Below, piece after piece: positions 1 through 11,906 of a stretch of 64,000 nt of DNA; the stretch's first letter is position 1, and each line of letters begins with the position of its first letter. The notes under the pieces are model-generated. The model saw nothing but the letters and a program-made list of their open reading frames with translations, made no database searches and was not told where the DNA came from. The position numbers and the translations under genes were made by a program. Source of the DNA: Gekko japonicus (Eukaryota); assembly GCF_001447785.1 (NCBI RefSeq), contig NW_015165900.1, positions 63,593 to 127,592 of the forward strand. The letters are read 5' to 3'.

Positions 1-600
1 CATTCATCGCTACCAATTCCATCCCACCGCCGTGCCTTTATGCTGGCCCGCTTAAATGCATTTCCAACTATGGTAACACTGGGCAGATTTAGAGGCTTAC
101 CTTACTCAGATCGCCTCTGTCTGTGCAACTCTGGCGAAATTGAAACTTTAGACCATCTGATGTTTTGCTGTCCCCATTGGACTCAAGATAGAGGGATATA
201 TATCATTCCTATTCTTACGAAGATAAATCTTCCCTCGCAACCTTGGGTTTTTTCAGTATTGTTATCTGATTCAAATGCCTATGGACTGATAACAGCTAAC
301 GTGGTGTGGTTCCTGGCTAAGGTTGCTGCTCTCAAGAAACACTGAAAGCTTTATCATCTTTGCAAACACCTACACTGATTTTAATCTTCGGAGGATTTTA
401 GTTAGTTGGCTCTGCCCCAAGTGTAGTTAGGTCTTTTTTATTCTCTGGGCTATGCCTGGGTTTTATATGTTTACTGATTGTGACTATGTACTTGTCATAT
501 TTTATGTCAATTTTATGTACCTATTTTACCCCTTTTGCATTTTCTTTTGGTCAAGACTTTGGTCATATAGACCCGTAATAAATTGAAATAAATTGAATTT
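1..600 (+). mobile_element. 3' end of a non-LTR retrotransposon (RTE-X-like C-terminal zinc knuckle)
   Basis: RRAFMLARLN..DRLCLCNSGEIETLDHLMFCC followed by a T-rich UTR and an AATTGA-repeat tail. Confidence 0.65.
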
Positions 601-2301
601 TGTGCTTCAGAACCAATGAGGAATCTATTACAGTGTCCAGGGAAGCTGCTTATGAAGATGGTGTTAACAAATTTGCACAGACCATAGTCTTCTCTCCAAT
701 CCAATGACCCCGTCCCCCCAAGTCGGAGTATGTGCATTTCGTTCAACTGATTCCTATTGCAGTGGGAAATCACACAAGCCACCAGCATGAAAAAGGCCAA
801 AAACCTGCATTCATTTCATTTTCCTCTTTTCTGCTGAAAACTCAGAGTCATGCTTCCTTTTTGTGGTCTACTGTTTATTTCATAAAGTGAGGAAGGAGAA
901 TGGCCACTCTTCCATTATTCCTTATGGGGGAATGGGGAGGGGGTGGGGGAGTGGCTTCTTTCAACCAAATGACACAAAATTGCAAGGAAGTGAGTTCTTC
1001 CTGTTCACTAAAGTCTACCCAAGTTTCAAGCAAATTGGATCAAGGATTTAATTCTATGGGACACTGAACAAAGTTCCCTGGACTTTCTACTTTCTGGGGA
1101 ATGGGGGAGTTTCTACTCCCACAAAGGCGGGGCGAAGAATGAGAAAGCTAGAATGCCAGTTCTGCTATTATTCCACATGGGTGACATTCTCAAAGGTCCG
1201 GAGAGGGTATCTTTTGAACAAATGACACCAAATTTCAGTAGAAACAGTGCTTCCCTTTACATAAAGACCACCCAATTTCAAGTGAATTGGAGCAAGAGGT
1301 ACAATTCTATGGGCCCCTGAACCAAGTTCCACCAGGCATTCTACTGTCAGAGAGAGAAAAAGGGCTCCATCCTTACAAAGTAGGGAGTGGATAAGAGCAG
1401 CAAGTCTCCGTAGCTTCTCTCCAGAGGAGACTGGCTGCGAGTGCTCTTTGTTCCTCCCTTGCAAGGATTCAAATTAGAAGGGAAAATACCATTGCCCAAG
1501 AAAACAATTTCATCAAAGAAAAACATGCATACATTCTGCATTGCTGGTAAGCACCCAAACTCAAACACAGATTGTTTGTGGAGGGGGTGCCATTATACCA
1601 ACAACCCCAGATTCATAAGATTCTTCCATAAAATCACCGTACTGACCCCAGCCAGTGAATTCTGTTTATATCTCTGGCTCAACAATTTCATTATGCACAC
1701 ACCTTCCCCTGATCCAACAGATGTTCTCTCTGGTATTTTAGGCTGATCTGATGCTATTTTGGATAAAGGTACAAGGAGGCATGAATTGATTTTGTTCTCT
1801 TATTCTCAGCATCGTAACCACTGAGCAACTGCAGCCCCCCTCTTATTCCCCCAGCAATCCTCAAATAACAGTGCTAACGGTCCTGAAGAAAATTGTCCCG
1901 TCCATTAAACAGAGGCTTAATAGGGACAGCTGAAGTGTTTCATCACGGGTCAGTAAAGAGCATTACACAGTAAATAACATCCCATTAAACTTCCGTAAAA
2001 TTCTTTGTGCATGGATTATTGGTAGGCTATTTTCTCCCTATAATGGAATGTGCAGGGAAGGAGCTAAACTCTGCTTCAACCCTCCTTTACCATAATGTTA
2101 TTTCAGCATTTTTCACCCAAAAATAACTGGCATTGGAACCTGGGTGAAAGAAACGGTGCTTCTTAAAGTGGAATTCACAGAGGAATGGAGAGTGTGAGAG
2201 AAAGAAATTCGCATGTGCATGCTCAATGTTTCATTAAAAATGGGGACATGCAGATTTTATACATGAAACCCTATTCTTCTGTAGAATTGGGAAGCCACTG
2301 G

Positions 2302-2433
2302 NNNNNNNNNNNNNNNNNNNNNNNNNNNNNNNNNNNNNNNNNNNNNNNNNNNNNNNNNNNNNNNNNNNNNNNNNNNNNNNNNNNNNNNNNNNNNNNNNNN
2401 NNNNNNNNNNNNNNNNNNNNNNNNNNNNNNNNN
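2302..2433. other. Assembly gap
   Basis: N run. Confidence 0.99.
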
Positions 2434-2880
2434 CCTTCACTTGGAGTCTCAGAGTGGCTTACAAACTCCTTTTCCCTTCCCCTCCCCACAACAGACACCC
2501 TGTGAGGTGGGTGGGGCTGAGAGAACTCTGACACAAACTGCTCTTTCAAGATCAGCTGTGCCAGAGCTTGTGACTGATGCAAGGTCTCATCAGCAGGTGC
2601 AAGTGGAGGAGTGGGGAATCAAACCCGGTTCTCCCAGATTAGAGTCCCCACTCCTAACCACTACACCAAACTGTCTCTGTCTCCACATACAACCCACCTC
2701 ATCACTGCATGGAGGGGTACACTGAGGTGGGTGCGGCTGAGAGAGCTCTTTTTCAAGGACAGCTCTTATCAGAGCTACAGCTTGGCCAAGGTCATCCAGC
2801 CAGGTGCAAGTGGAAGAGTGGGGAATCAAACCCGGTTCTCCCAGATTAGAGTCCACACACTTAACCACTACACCAAACTG
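2434..2880 (-). mobile_element. Two adjacent tRNA-derived SINE copies (Squam3-like)
   Basis: Reverse complement of CAGTTTGGTGTAGTGGTT..GACTCTAATCTGGGAGAACCGGGTTTGATTCCCCAC (pol III A/B boxes), heads ending about 2672 and 2880. Confidence 0.8.
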
Positions 2881-3422
2881 GAAGATAAGGTAACTGCTCT
2901 AATGGATTCAGGTGTGCATGCACATGAAATCTTACACCCAGAATAAAACTTTGTTGGTCTTAAAGGCGCCACTGGACTCTTCTGCTTTGATGAAATAATG
3001 TCTCAGTCAAGGACACGTGTACCTGCCGAATTCACTAAGCCGGTGTTTCCTAATCTATGGGTCCCATCCCCAAAGTGGATCCCAGGCTTTTGCAATTCTT
3101 TGATTTGTGTATGTACCTGTTGTTTTTTTTCCTTAAGTGGGTCATCATACCAAGCATGTTTGGACTTGTGGGTTTCAATACTAAAAAGGATAGGAACCAG
3201 ACCACTAGAGAGGTACAACCGAGAAACTGTCAAAGGATAAAGCTGCACATAAAACCAGCAGTTATTCAGATACAACATGCTTGTTGGGAACCTGACACAA
3301 GAACCTGAGCATTTAAAAGATGAGAATGTTTTTTAAAAAAGGAATTTGATATTGTTGTATATTCTGGACTTTATGAACACCATGGTCCTTAACATTAATA
3401 TTCCTTCTATGTGAAACTTTAC

Positions 3423-4277
3423 CTGGAATGGCTGTGGCTTTGGATTCTCCAGCTTGCTTCCATCTACCATGATTGCATATTTGGTTCTGGATGAAGACAT
3501 GCCATGTAATGCATGGGCCACAGCATAGACAGCACTGTAGACACTGTAGCTTTGTCCTGTCATGTTCATTTCAAAAAAAGGCCCAGGAAGGCTCTCCAGC
3601 TTCTCTTCCCCAGTACAGGTATTCATGGTCTCATTGCCTACATTAATATCTGGTAATACACAGTCAAAGGCCTGCTGCCAGAAGGTCCGGATAAAACCAT
3701 CTTCCTCTGTATGGGGATTCAGTCTCTGAAGGAACTTCTGGAATCCTTGAACTTCAGTGAGATGAAGTGCAAATGATAAAGCACCATCAAAGACTTGTAT
3801 GTCTAGATTTCTATGATGTATCTCTGATGAAAAATCAAACTGGGCCGTCATAACCCACACCTTGCCTATAGGTCTCATGGAATCTGGATCAAACTGAATC
3901 AGTATTATCTGCAAAGCGCTCATGCTTTGAGAGTCTGCATTTATGATACATATGTTGACATTCGTCTCAGTTAAGAAAATGGTCATATTCTGAAATAGTT
4001 CTAGCATTCCATATACTTCGTATATGCTTCTGTAGGTTGGTATTCTTTCCGTGAAGGCTATACAGATGTCATTCTGGGAAAACTTGTGTGCCAAAGTCTG
4101 CACAAACCTTTCTCCTTTATCATCATTCATTGCGACAATACCAACCCACTTCCAGTGGAAATGCAGAAGAAGCTGGACAATCCCAGTGTAGTGATGCTCT
4201 TCACTGGGGACAACTCTGTATAAAGGAGAATGTTGGGTTACCTCACTCATTGCAGGAGCAAATAAGCAATATGTGAC
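3423..4277 (-). CDS. Vmn2r: V2R A exon 3 (ligand-binding domain)
   Basis: 855 nt open frame [13 protein letters not shown]...PQPFQ|GT. Confidence 0.93.
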
Positions 4278-7200
4278 CTAAACACAAGAAGAGAGATACT
4301 TTACTTCACTGGGTTTAAGTTTATACTGAGTTTCCAATTCTGTGTTGAATTCTAGGTGTGTTCTGGGTGAATCCCATACCTTTTCTCTCCTGTTTAAAAT
4401 GAAAAGTGCAATATCAATTGGGAAGGGATACAAATAGGGAACAGTTTAGGTCCATGCAGTGAAATTCATGTCTGTGTGGTCACTTGGTTTCAAGTACAAG
4501 ATGGGAAGAAGTGTATTCAGATTATTTTTGAGGGTAAATAGACACTCTGGGCTGCAGTGGCTCAGAGGTTAAGATGCTGAGCTGCAGACCGGAAGGTTTG
4601 GCAGTTCGAAACCCTTGTGTGGCATGACGGAGTGAGCTCCCGTCTCTGGTCCCAGCTCCATCCAACCTAGCAGTTCAAAGGCAAGAAATTGCAAGTAGAT
4701 AAATAGGTACTGCTTTGGTGCAAAGGCAACAGTGTTCTGTATCCCTCGGCGTTTAATCATGCTGGCCACATGACCACGGAAATGTCTTTGGACATCGCTG
4801 GCTCTTCGGCTTGGAAATGGAGATGAGCACCACCCCCTAGAGTCAGATTTGACTAGCTTTACTAGACATTTTGGTTTCTGTGATGAGAAGAATGTAAACA
4901 ACAACTTGGTCAAGTGAGCAGGGAAGGGGCATTACCTTGACAACATTCAGTATCCTGGCCAGGCTTCAATTATGTTGGAAGTTGTTGTTTGTTTTCTGAA
5001 CAGTTTTACTCTTTCTAGTCCAAGTTCCTGGTGTCCAAACAGACCATTTTATCAACAAGAAAAAATGTGTTTTCTCAGCCTCCAAAGTAGTTCATTTGGG
5101 CACATGTGAGTGGCCGAGTTTGTGATGCTTGAGGGGGTTGTTTGAAGTGTTCCAAGCTTTCTTCTTTGGCTTGTTTAACGCTAAACTCTTTTCTTAAAGT
5201 ATGTGGATATTTTCTTTCCAGAAACAAAACAAGAAAACAGAAATCGAGAAAGCCTCTCTGTGTCTCACATACTGGGAAAGGTCCAGACACATTTTCCCCT
5301 GTGTCATGCCCAATTCTCCTCTTTATTATAGCTCTGCCACAAGACTGCTGTACATGCAGCTGCCATTATCCCAACAAGGATTTTTTTCGGGGTGGCCACA
5401 CCGGACTTCTGGTCTGCTCCACATATTTCCACCAGCATAAGAACTGGTTGGATCCTTCCCACTCATTGTACACTACTACCTCATATATAGATAGAGGGAA
5501 TGCAGGGTGATATCATAATACATTATTTACACTTCAAACANNNNNNNNNNNNNNNNNNNNNNNNNNNNNNNNNNNNNGGTTGTTTGAATACGTTTGGACA
5601 TGAAGAATCAAGATCTGAGCTATTCCTTCCTTCTCCCTTTCCTGCCATGTGTTGTTGCCAGCCTGTCCTGGAGTTGCTTCAGGAGCAATATATGTTTCTA
5701 AACTGTGTCGCTTTTCATTTTACTTTCCTTCACTTAAAATGTTTAGAGACTCATTATAATGACTGGTGCTTTTATTTTGTGTTGCAATTCAAGTATTCAC
5801 AACCACAGTGGGAAATTATGGGAGGATGGAAGGGGGAAAGTGCGCTGACATTTTGAATCAATGTGTCCTAGAGATGCTATGCACAGAGGCTAGAATAATG
5901 TTATATCCCAGGAACATGCACACCAGACTATTCACAGAAAGAGATAAAAAAAGGAAAGGTCTACCAGAAGAGCTTTGTAATACAAACATCCATGCTAGTC
6001 CCTTTAATAGTCAAAGGGGACCTCTTCTTCCTTTTTCCATCAATGGAAAGGCTGGTTGGAGCCAATCCTTTGTCATCTTACCTGTGGAAACTTGTAAATG
6101 CCTAAGAAAGTGGCCATGTGAAGAGAGGTTTCAGAGTCCAAGCCTCCAATGACAGCTATTAGGTTCTTCCAGGCGCCACAGTTGTAGTTGGGGATAGTCC
6201 TATTCTGACTAAAGAGAAGGTTTAAGGTATTTCGAAAAGCCATCCTTGCGTCAAAGTAGCTGTCATAGATGTGGAACCCCAGTGTTATGTTTGGCAAGAT
6301 GTGGTGATTCTTGTTGATCACTTTTAAGGCAAAGACCAAGGACAAGACATGCTGGTAATTCTTGAGTACTGCACTGAAGTAAGAAACACACAATGTGTAA
6401 GACTGATATTCACACACACACATAACTATGGTTTCAAAATTGGAAAAAAATTCAAAACAATAAATAAATTTATCCTGGAAACTTGGGCATGTGACTTCTG
6501 TGCCCTTTTAGTTCAGTAAATTTCCCCACTATCATTTAATGTTCCGGAAACTTATTTTTCTTTTAAAATCAGTCCTGTTCATGTAATATAATCACATGAA
6601 AACAGACGGCCATTATCACTCCCTTTTTCTTTTCTAGGCTGCGGTCACACGAAGCATTAGCCACGCTACAGAGACGGAAAATAGGTGGATTTTCCAGGCG
6701 TGATCACACCACCACATCTGGGAAGCGTAGAGCTCCCGTGGCTCACCCGAGGCTTCCCGCCGAAGATGCAGGATAAAAAGGAAACCATGGGGCAAGGGCG
6801 GGCATCTGATCGTGCTTCCGGTGGCATCCAGCACCCACCCATGTCCCCTCGCAAAAAGGTGTTTTTTCCCCAAGTCTCCACGGGATGCACACAAGCACCC
6901 AATGGAGCATGCGCAAACTTCAGTTTAAAGAAAAAAACACAACCCCGTTTGCCGCGCCGCCCCACTTCTTTGCCTGTGGTGTGATTGGCACCTCCCCCCT
7001 AACCACAGGACCTCGATGGGACCTCAACCAGACGTCTGATCGCGCAGTCGCACGTTATTGGGCAAATAGCCACGCTCCCCCCACACACATTTTCCAGTCC
7101 GTGTGACCGGAGCCCTAGTTAATCAAATATTGTGAGGAAACTCAGGCTTGTAGAAACAGCAGGTGGAATTAATGAAAGAACCACAGCTGCCAACTAGAAG

Positions 7201-8537
7201 AGCAGAAAGGAAACAAAGCTGTATGTGATGCTATAATTGATTTTCCAACCTTACTTGACTAGTCTTGACACTTGAAGGAAGAAAACAGTTATGCAGTTAT
7301 ATTTGGTCCTCTGAAAAAGACATTGGAAACGAAAGGATTATCCAGAAACTTCATTAGAATAAGATTATTTTTGGACCTTCTTCAGTTTTTGTATTCTGTA
7401 CTTTAAAGGTTGAACAAAAGGTTGAAGACACAGAAAATTAATCCTAAAACCCTACAGTTCTCTTTGAGCACCATATTCCACATATTCAAAGTGTTGTCTG
7501 AATAGAAGCCAAAGGTGTATGCACAATCCATAGCATCCATTTGTAGGGCCTAGATTATACTTCAAGATCTTATGTATATTCCCATGCATGCAGAAGGAAG
7601 GAAACAGTTATGCAGTTATATTTGGTCCTTCTCAGAAAAAGACGTTGGAAACGAAAGCATTATCCAGAAACTTCATTAGAGTAAGATTATTTTTGGACCT
7701 TCTTCAGTTCTTGTATTTTATACTTAGATAACTTTAATAAATTATGTATGTTGTTAAAGTATTGACAGATATGTTTGTGTAAATGCTGTGGGTATTATTA
7801 TAGTAGAAAAAGCAATCAGATATTGGGTGGGATCCAGCCTGCTTTTCTGCTTGTGAAAATGGGAATAGGGGGATAGTACCCTTCAAAGGAAAGCTAACCC
7901 CTCAGAGCCTCAAAGGCAGGTAGTACTTTTCTATTGGTATGGGTCTCTATGGGAGTGAGCAATGGAAGTGAAAGAGCTGGTCCTCTGGGAGCAAGGTATC
8001 AGCTAAGCTCTCAGAAACACAAACAATGAGAAAAATTGGATACAAACTAAAGAAGATGAAGGAGAAAATCACACATCATTTGTCACTGAAGAGGTAATGA
8101 AATAAGCTTCTTTATGTTGGAATGCTTGTCTCATAATCCTGAACATATCCAATAACCTGATAACTTTCTAATTAAAAAAGCCTTTTGTTCAATATGTCAT
8201 TGCCTTTATTATCTTTTTGTAATGGTTGTGCAATTGTCTCATTCATGCTAAGGATAAAAATAAACAGACAATTTTCATACAAAGGTTCATGAAAAAGATT
8301 TCCTTTGGGGGGCTCCTCAAAATGGATGCTGTCAGAAATGGGGAAGAACTGAGAAGTGATCCCACCAATGATGAGGTCTCCTGACTGAAAATACTGGTGT
8401 GGTGTCTGCAAGTCATCGCACATGGTACACATAGCGGGATGCATCTCAGACTTTTTTTGTGGCAGCAGCAGCCATGATATCAGAAGCTGTAGTGAAACGT
8501 TGAACCCTGTCATTGGGAATGCAAAAGCATTTTCCAT
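3423..8537 (-). CDS. Vmn2r: V2R gene A, partial: exon1 8281-8537 (second ATG 8513), exon2 6082-6373, exon3 3423-4277; exons 4-6 not found in window
   Basis: Signal peptide then YFQSGDLIIGGI; [19 protein letters not shown]; [39 protein letters not shown] boundaries with 292- and 855-nt exons, as in the paralogs. Confidence 0.9.
4551..4862 (+). mobile_element. Sauria SINE
   Basis: tRNA-like head, CCAACCTAGCAGTTC..AAATAGGTAC core; degenerate TSD TAGACAyTyTGG. Confidence 0.85.
5541..5577. other. Assembly gap
   Basis: N run. Confidence 0.99.
6082..6373 (-). CDS. Vmn2r: V2R A exon 2
   Basis: 292 nt, AVLKNYQH...YKFPQ, AG/GT flanks. Confidence 0.92.
6637..7114. mobile_element. PIF/Harbinger-like MITE
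   Basis: TIR GGCTGCGGTCACACG / CGTGTGACCGGAGCC, 3-bp TSD CTA; empty site in paralog B near 21715. Confidence 0.8.
7274..7716 (+). repeat. Local direct duplication of about 122 bp (7274-7395 and 7593-7716)
   Basis: Near-identical copies starting GAAGGAAG.AAACAGTTATGCAGTTATATTTGGTCC. Confidence 0.9.
8281..8537 (-). CDS. Vmn2r: V2R A exon 1 (signal peptide, start of Venus flytrap domain)
   Basis: ORF 8172-8537; donor TT|GTATGA, phase 2. Confidence 0.88.
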
Positions 8538-8733
8538 TGAGATGAAATCCTTTCTGTGTGTGACCCTTTATCATCCAGCATCAGCCTCTTGAACATCCAG
8601 TCTTCAATGGCACCATCCCCTCCTGTGAAGGTGAATCAAGTACTGGTCTCTAAATCTGAAGACAGCACAAAGAAGGGGCAGATGATACAGTCCTGTCTTG
8701 CAAACAGTCCCTCACCCCTACTCTGAACAGTAT

Positions 8734-8752
8734 GGGGATATTTTATGTAAGC
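8734..8752 (-). promoter_or_regulatory. Conserved TATA-like promoter motif GCTTACATAAAA (also 22868-22886 and 36026-36043 on -, 43446-43464 on +)
   Basis: Same motif and orientation about 160-240 bp upstream of the ATG in four paralogs. Confidence 0.55.
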
Positions 8753-8997
8753 GGAACATTATTTACTAAAATTCAGTCTGAGATCTCTGAAGAAGGAGGC
8801 TGAATCATAGTCATCAGAAATTATTGCTGGGTACATGAACACCTCCCGAAGGTATTGTGCTACATAGGACATCAGGTGCATCAGGAGAGGGGGGGGGGGT
8901 ATATTGTATGAAGAAAGATGCTACCACACTGCATACTTTGATGTGGAAATCCAGTTTTCTGACAAAGGTTCTTCCTGTTCAGAAGGGAGCTATAGTA

Positions 8998-9530
8998 TGT
9001 TGTCAAAGGCTTTCTGAAAAGTACTCAGAAACGTGGAGTGATTCAGCAAGAGTACTTTATTCAATCGGGAACAAGACAAAGTAAGCCGGCGCGCAGGCCG
9101 GTATATATGCACAGCAACCTACCACCAAAACACACCCCCTATTCACCCTATAGGTTATTTACCAAAGCCGAGAGTCCCATAGGCTCTCGGCTGCGGACCT
9201 GGCCCTTTGATTGGTGCGGGCTAGGATCCGCTTGGCTATTGTTCTAAATGTACGAAGCTTTGGGCTTGTACTTGACCGCATGGCCCAACGGTCGCGCACG
9301 TGGTAATGGCGGAGTACATTACACTTTCACAGCTGGAGTTCATTAGTTGTTGTAGATTTTCTGGGCTGTACGGCTTTAGTCTTGGCATTGTAGGACCTGA
9401 CATTTCACCAGCAGCTGTGACTGGCATCCTCAGAAGTATAACACAGAAAGATGGAGTACTCTCTGTGTCACAGAGACAATGCCAAGACCACGGCCATAAA
9501 GCCTGGAAAATCTACAACAACTTTGTAGCG
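8998..9530 (-). mobile_element. Solo-LTR-like insertion upstream of gene A
   Basis: Absent from paralogous promoters B and C; flanked by ATAGTA; CCAAT, TATATA and AATAAA in order on the minus strand. Confidence 0.55.
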
Positions 9531-9839
9531 ATAGTATTTTTTTTTCATTAGTTCATGAAGGTGCTAATAAAATATGATAGGAATATTGCTACGTTCATTC
9601 ACTCCAGCTTTTGCATCTGTTCTATATTAATGTCATACAAATGGAATTCAAATGGCATGTACTGTATCAATGGCATCAAAATGTTTTTAGAATGTCATCT
9701 AAAAATTCTTGTAAAGATATATAAGGGAGAAAGCAGAAACAGCTCAACAAAACAAAACCAGGGGCAAATTTGAGACGATAATGCAACATCTTTCCTCTGG
9801 CCAGCTGCCATGATTTCTCCTAGCCCCAAAGTTCAATTT

Positions 9840-10710
9840 GAAGCCAGAATGATAATTTTAGGACATGAGTAATCAGGATCCTCCATTTCCCTGCCTTGAT
9901 AGAATTAATACCGCCTTTAGGTAATAATTTCTGGTTTAACCTATTAATTTTAAAAGAATCCATGTGTGGCATGCAAAGTGAAGGTAGGAGTGTGAAATGA
10001 GAAACTGGCTTTCGATTGACTGTGGGAGTTGCAAAACCAAATGCAAAGGAAATCAGAGCTGCCCGGCCCAGATGCCGTCTTGCCTGAATTTTAAATCTGG
10101 AGCTGTTGTTTACTTCAATAGGCAGAACTGATTCCACACTAAAGCTATGAACTTCGAAACTGGCCACCAACTTCAGAATTACGGTGGGAGTCAGAGGGCC
10201 CCAAAAATGAAGAGGATAGAACCATCATGGTCCAAATTATTGCCAGAAGTCCACCAATGATATTTGCAATGGAAACCAACATTGTCTGCGGTAGGTATCA
10301 CTTATAGAACTAGGAGCCTCAAAATTGGCCACTGGCATAAAAATGATCAAGGTCGTTGCACTGCTGAACACCAAGGGAATTGGAACATCCTGAAGCAAGC
10401 AATCACCAGAATGCCTCCCTTCATTTTTCATTGGAAGCTATGGCATGGATAACTCCTCTGAAAGTGAAGGTAGGAACCTCAGGATTGGACAGTAGATTTA
10501 GAATGATGGTGGGAGTTGCAGTACCCAAAAACAAGGGAATAGAAACATCATGGCTCATATTTTTTTTGTCAAATCCCACCAATGCTAGGTGCAAAGGAAG
10601 CCAACATATTCTCCACCAGCTTCGGGATGGTTGTGGGAAATGCAGTGATAAACACAAAGGGGATTGGAATGTCCTGGCCCACATAATCACCAGAAACTTC
10701 TCTTAATACC
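9840..10710 (+). repeat. Diverged tandem array, unit about 160-165 bp, 5-6 units
   Basis: Recurrent AAAATTGGCCAC..AGAATGAT.GTGGGAGTTGCA..AACATCCTGGCCC at about 10000, 10156, 10321, 10481, 10605. Confidence 0.8.
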
Positions 10711-11165
10711 CTGTTTCTGTCACAATAATTATCGGCTTATTGCAACACCCAGTCTTGCATGGCTCTGGAGCCTGCTGCGGAAGTGATCTGAGACCAGCCC
10801 TCTAAATGCAAGAGTCTGACACAGCCCTACTTACTTACAGTCCAATACCCCCTCTTTGAGCGATAAAATGGGCATTTGATAATCATTTAATATCCATGTT
10901 GGGTTTTGGCAATGAGGATGCTGGGAGGGAAAATCATTTTTGGTTTATATAGATTTTAGCCTGGCCTTAATTTGAATAAAGTTTTCATTTCTTTTTGCCT
11001 ATGGAGGTCAACATGTTCATAAAGAAAATAATCCCAACTTCAGCAACCCAGACATATACATAAAAAGCATACTGCCTTCAGAACCAGTGTGTGTAGCACT
11101 TAGATCATTGCACAAAGATCTGAGATAACAGGATCTTAATCAACATACTGGCCTAAAGCAACTGA

Positions 11166-11544
11166 GGCCCCGGTCACACGTGCTGGAAAATGTGGGGGGG
11201 AGAGACGTGGCTATTTGTGGCGCCGCAATTAGACGTGCGACAACGCGATCGGATGCATCGGCGGCAACCCACAGTTCCAGCCCTCGGCATGTGCACTGCA
11301 ACAAAGACAGCCGAAGGGAAAAGCCGCGCCGGTGTGATCACTCTAAGGGAGTCCAGAGGCACCCCATGGCAAACCATTTGCTACTACCTTCGAGCAGGTA
11401 TTTTTTATCACACATTTTCGGCGGCATGCCACGGGTTGGCCACGGGTGCGCTCCACTTTCCAGATGTTGTGGTGTGATCGTGCCCGGAATATCTGCCATC
11501 CAATCGTGGCTCTCCCGCGGCAAATTCGCCATGTGAATGGGGCC
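11166..11544. mobile_element. PIF/Harbinger-like MITE
   Basis: TIR GGCCCCGGTCACA / TGTGAATGGGGCC, TSD TGA. Confidence 0.8.
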
Positions 11545-11724
11545 TGAGTGAACTTAGGCCAATCACTTACCCCCAGCTCAATGAAGGCAAGAATTGCTTT
11601 GCTTCTTCACCCTAAGTAAAGTCATGAGACATGGGTATGGGGTAAACTTGGATTTTATTATTGGGAATCAAAACTTACTCAGAAGCAAATTCCAGTAAAC
11701 ACCTTTAATGTGAGCCTTGAACAT

Positions 11725-11896
11725 ACATAGAATCACAGAATCAAAGAGTTGGAAGGGACCTCCAGGGTCATCTAGCCCAACCCTTGCACAATGCAGGAAA
11801 TTCACAAATACCCACCCACACCCCCAGTGACTTCTGTTCCACGCCCAGAAGATGACCCAAAAAAAAAAAAACCCTCCAGGATCTCCAGCCAAACTG
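11725..11896 (-). mobile_element. CR1 3' end fragment just after the gene B stop codon
   Basis: Reverse complement of GGTCCCTTCCAACTCT..GATTCTGTGATTCTATG tail. Confidence 0.8.
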
Positions 11897-11906
11897 TTAA
11901 GGCTTG

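Noticed and set aside
1347-1568. FFFDEIVFLG resembles exon-4 [11 protein letters not shown] at roughly the expected place
   Set aside because: Similarity is limited to about 15 nt and the flanks do not align; probably chance
6634-7106. Overlapping GC-rich ORFs here and at 11174-11536, 13512-14065, 20050-20526, 36845-37222, 42002-42736, 57930-58292
   Set aside because: All lie inside GC-rich MITEs or repeats, where stop codons are rare
10264-10706. Array units translate to similar peptides (SLKIGH..GNWNIL / SQHILH..GDWNVL)
   Set aside because: Frames shift and stops occur between units; no splice signals
9840-10710. CRISPR-like periodicity
   Set aside because: Eukaryotic DNA; units are similar along their whole length, with no identical repeats and unique spacers
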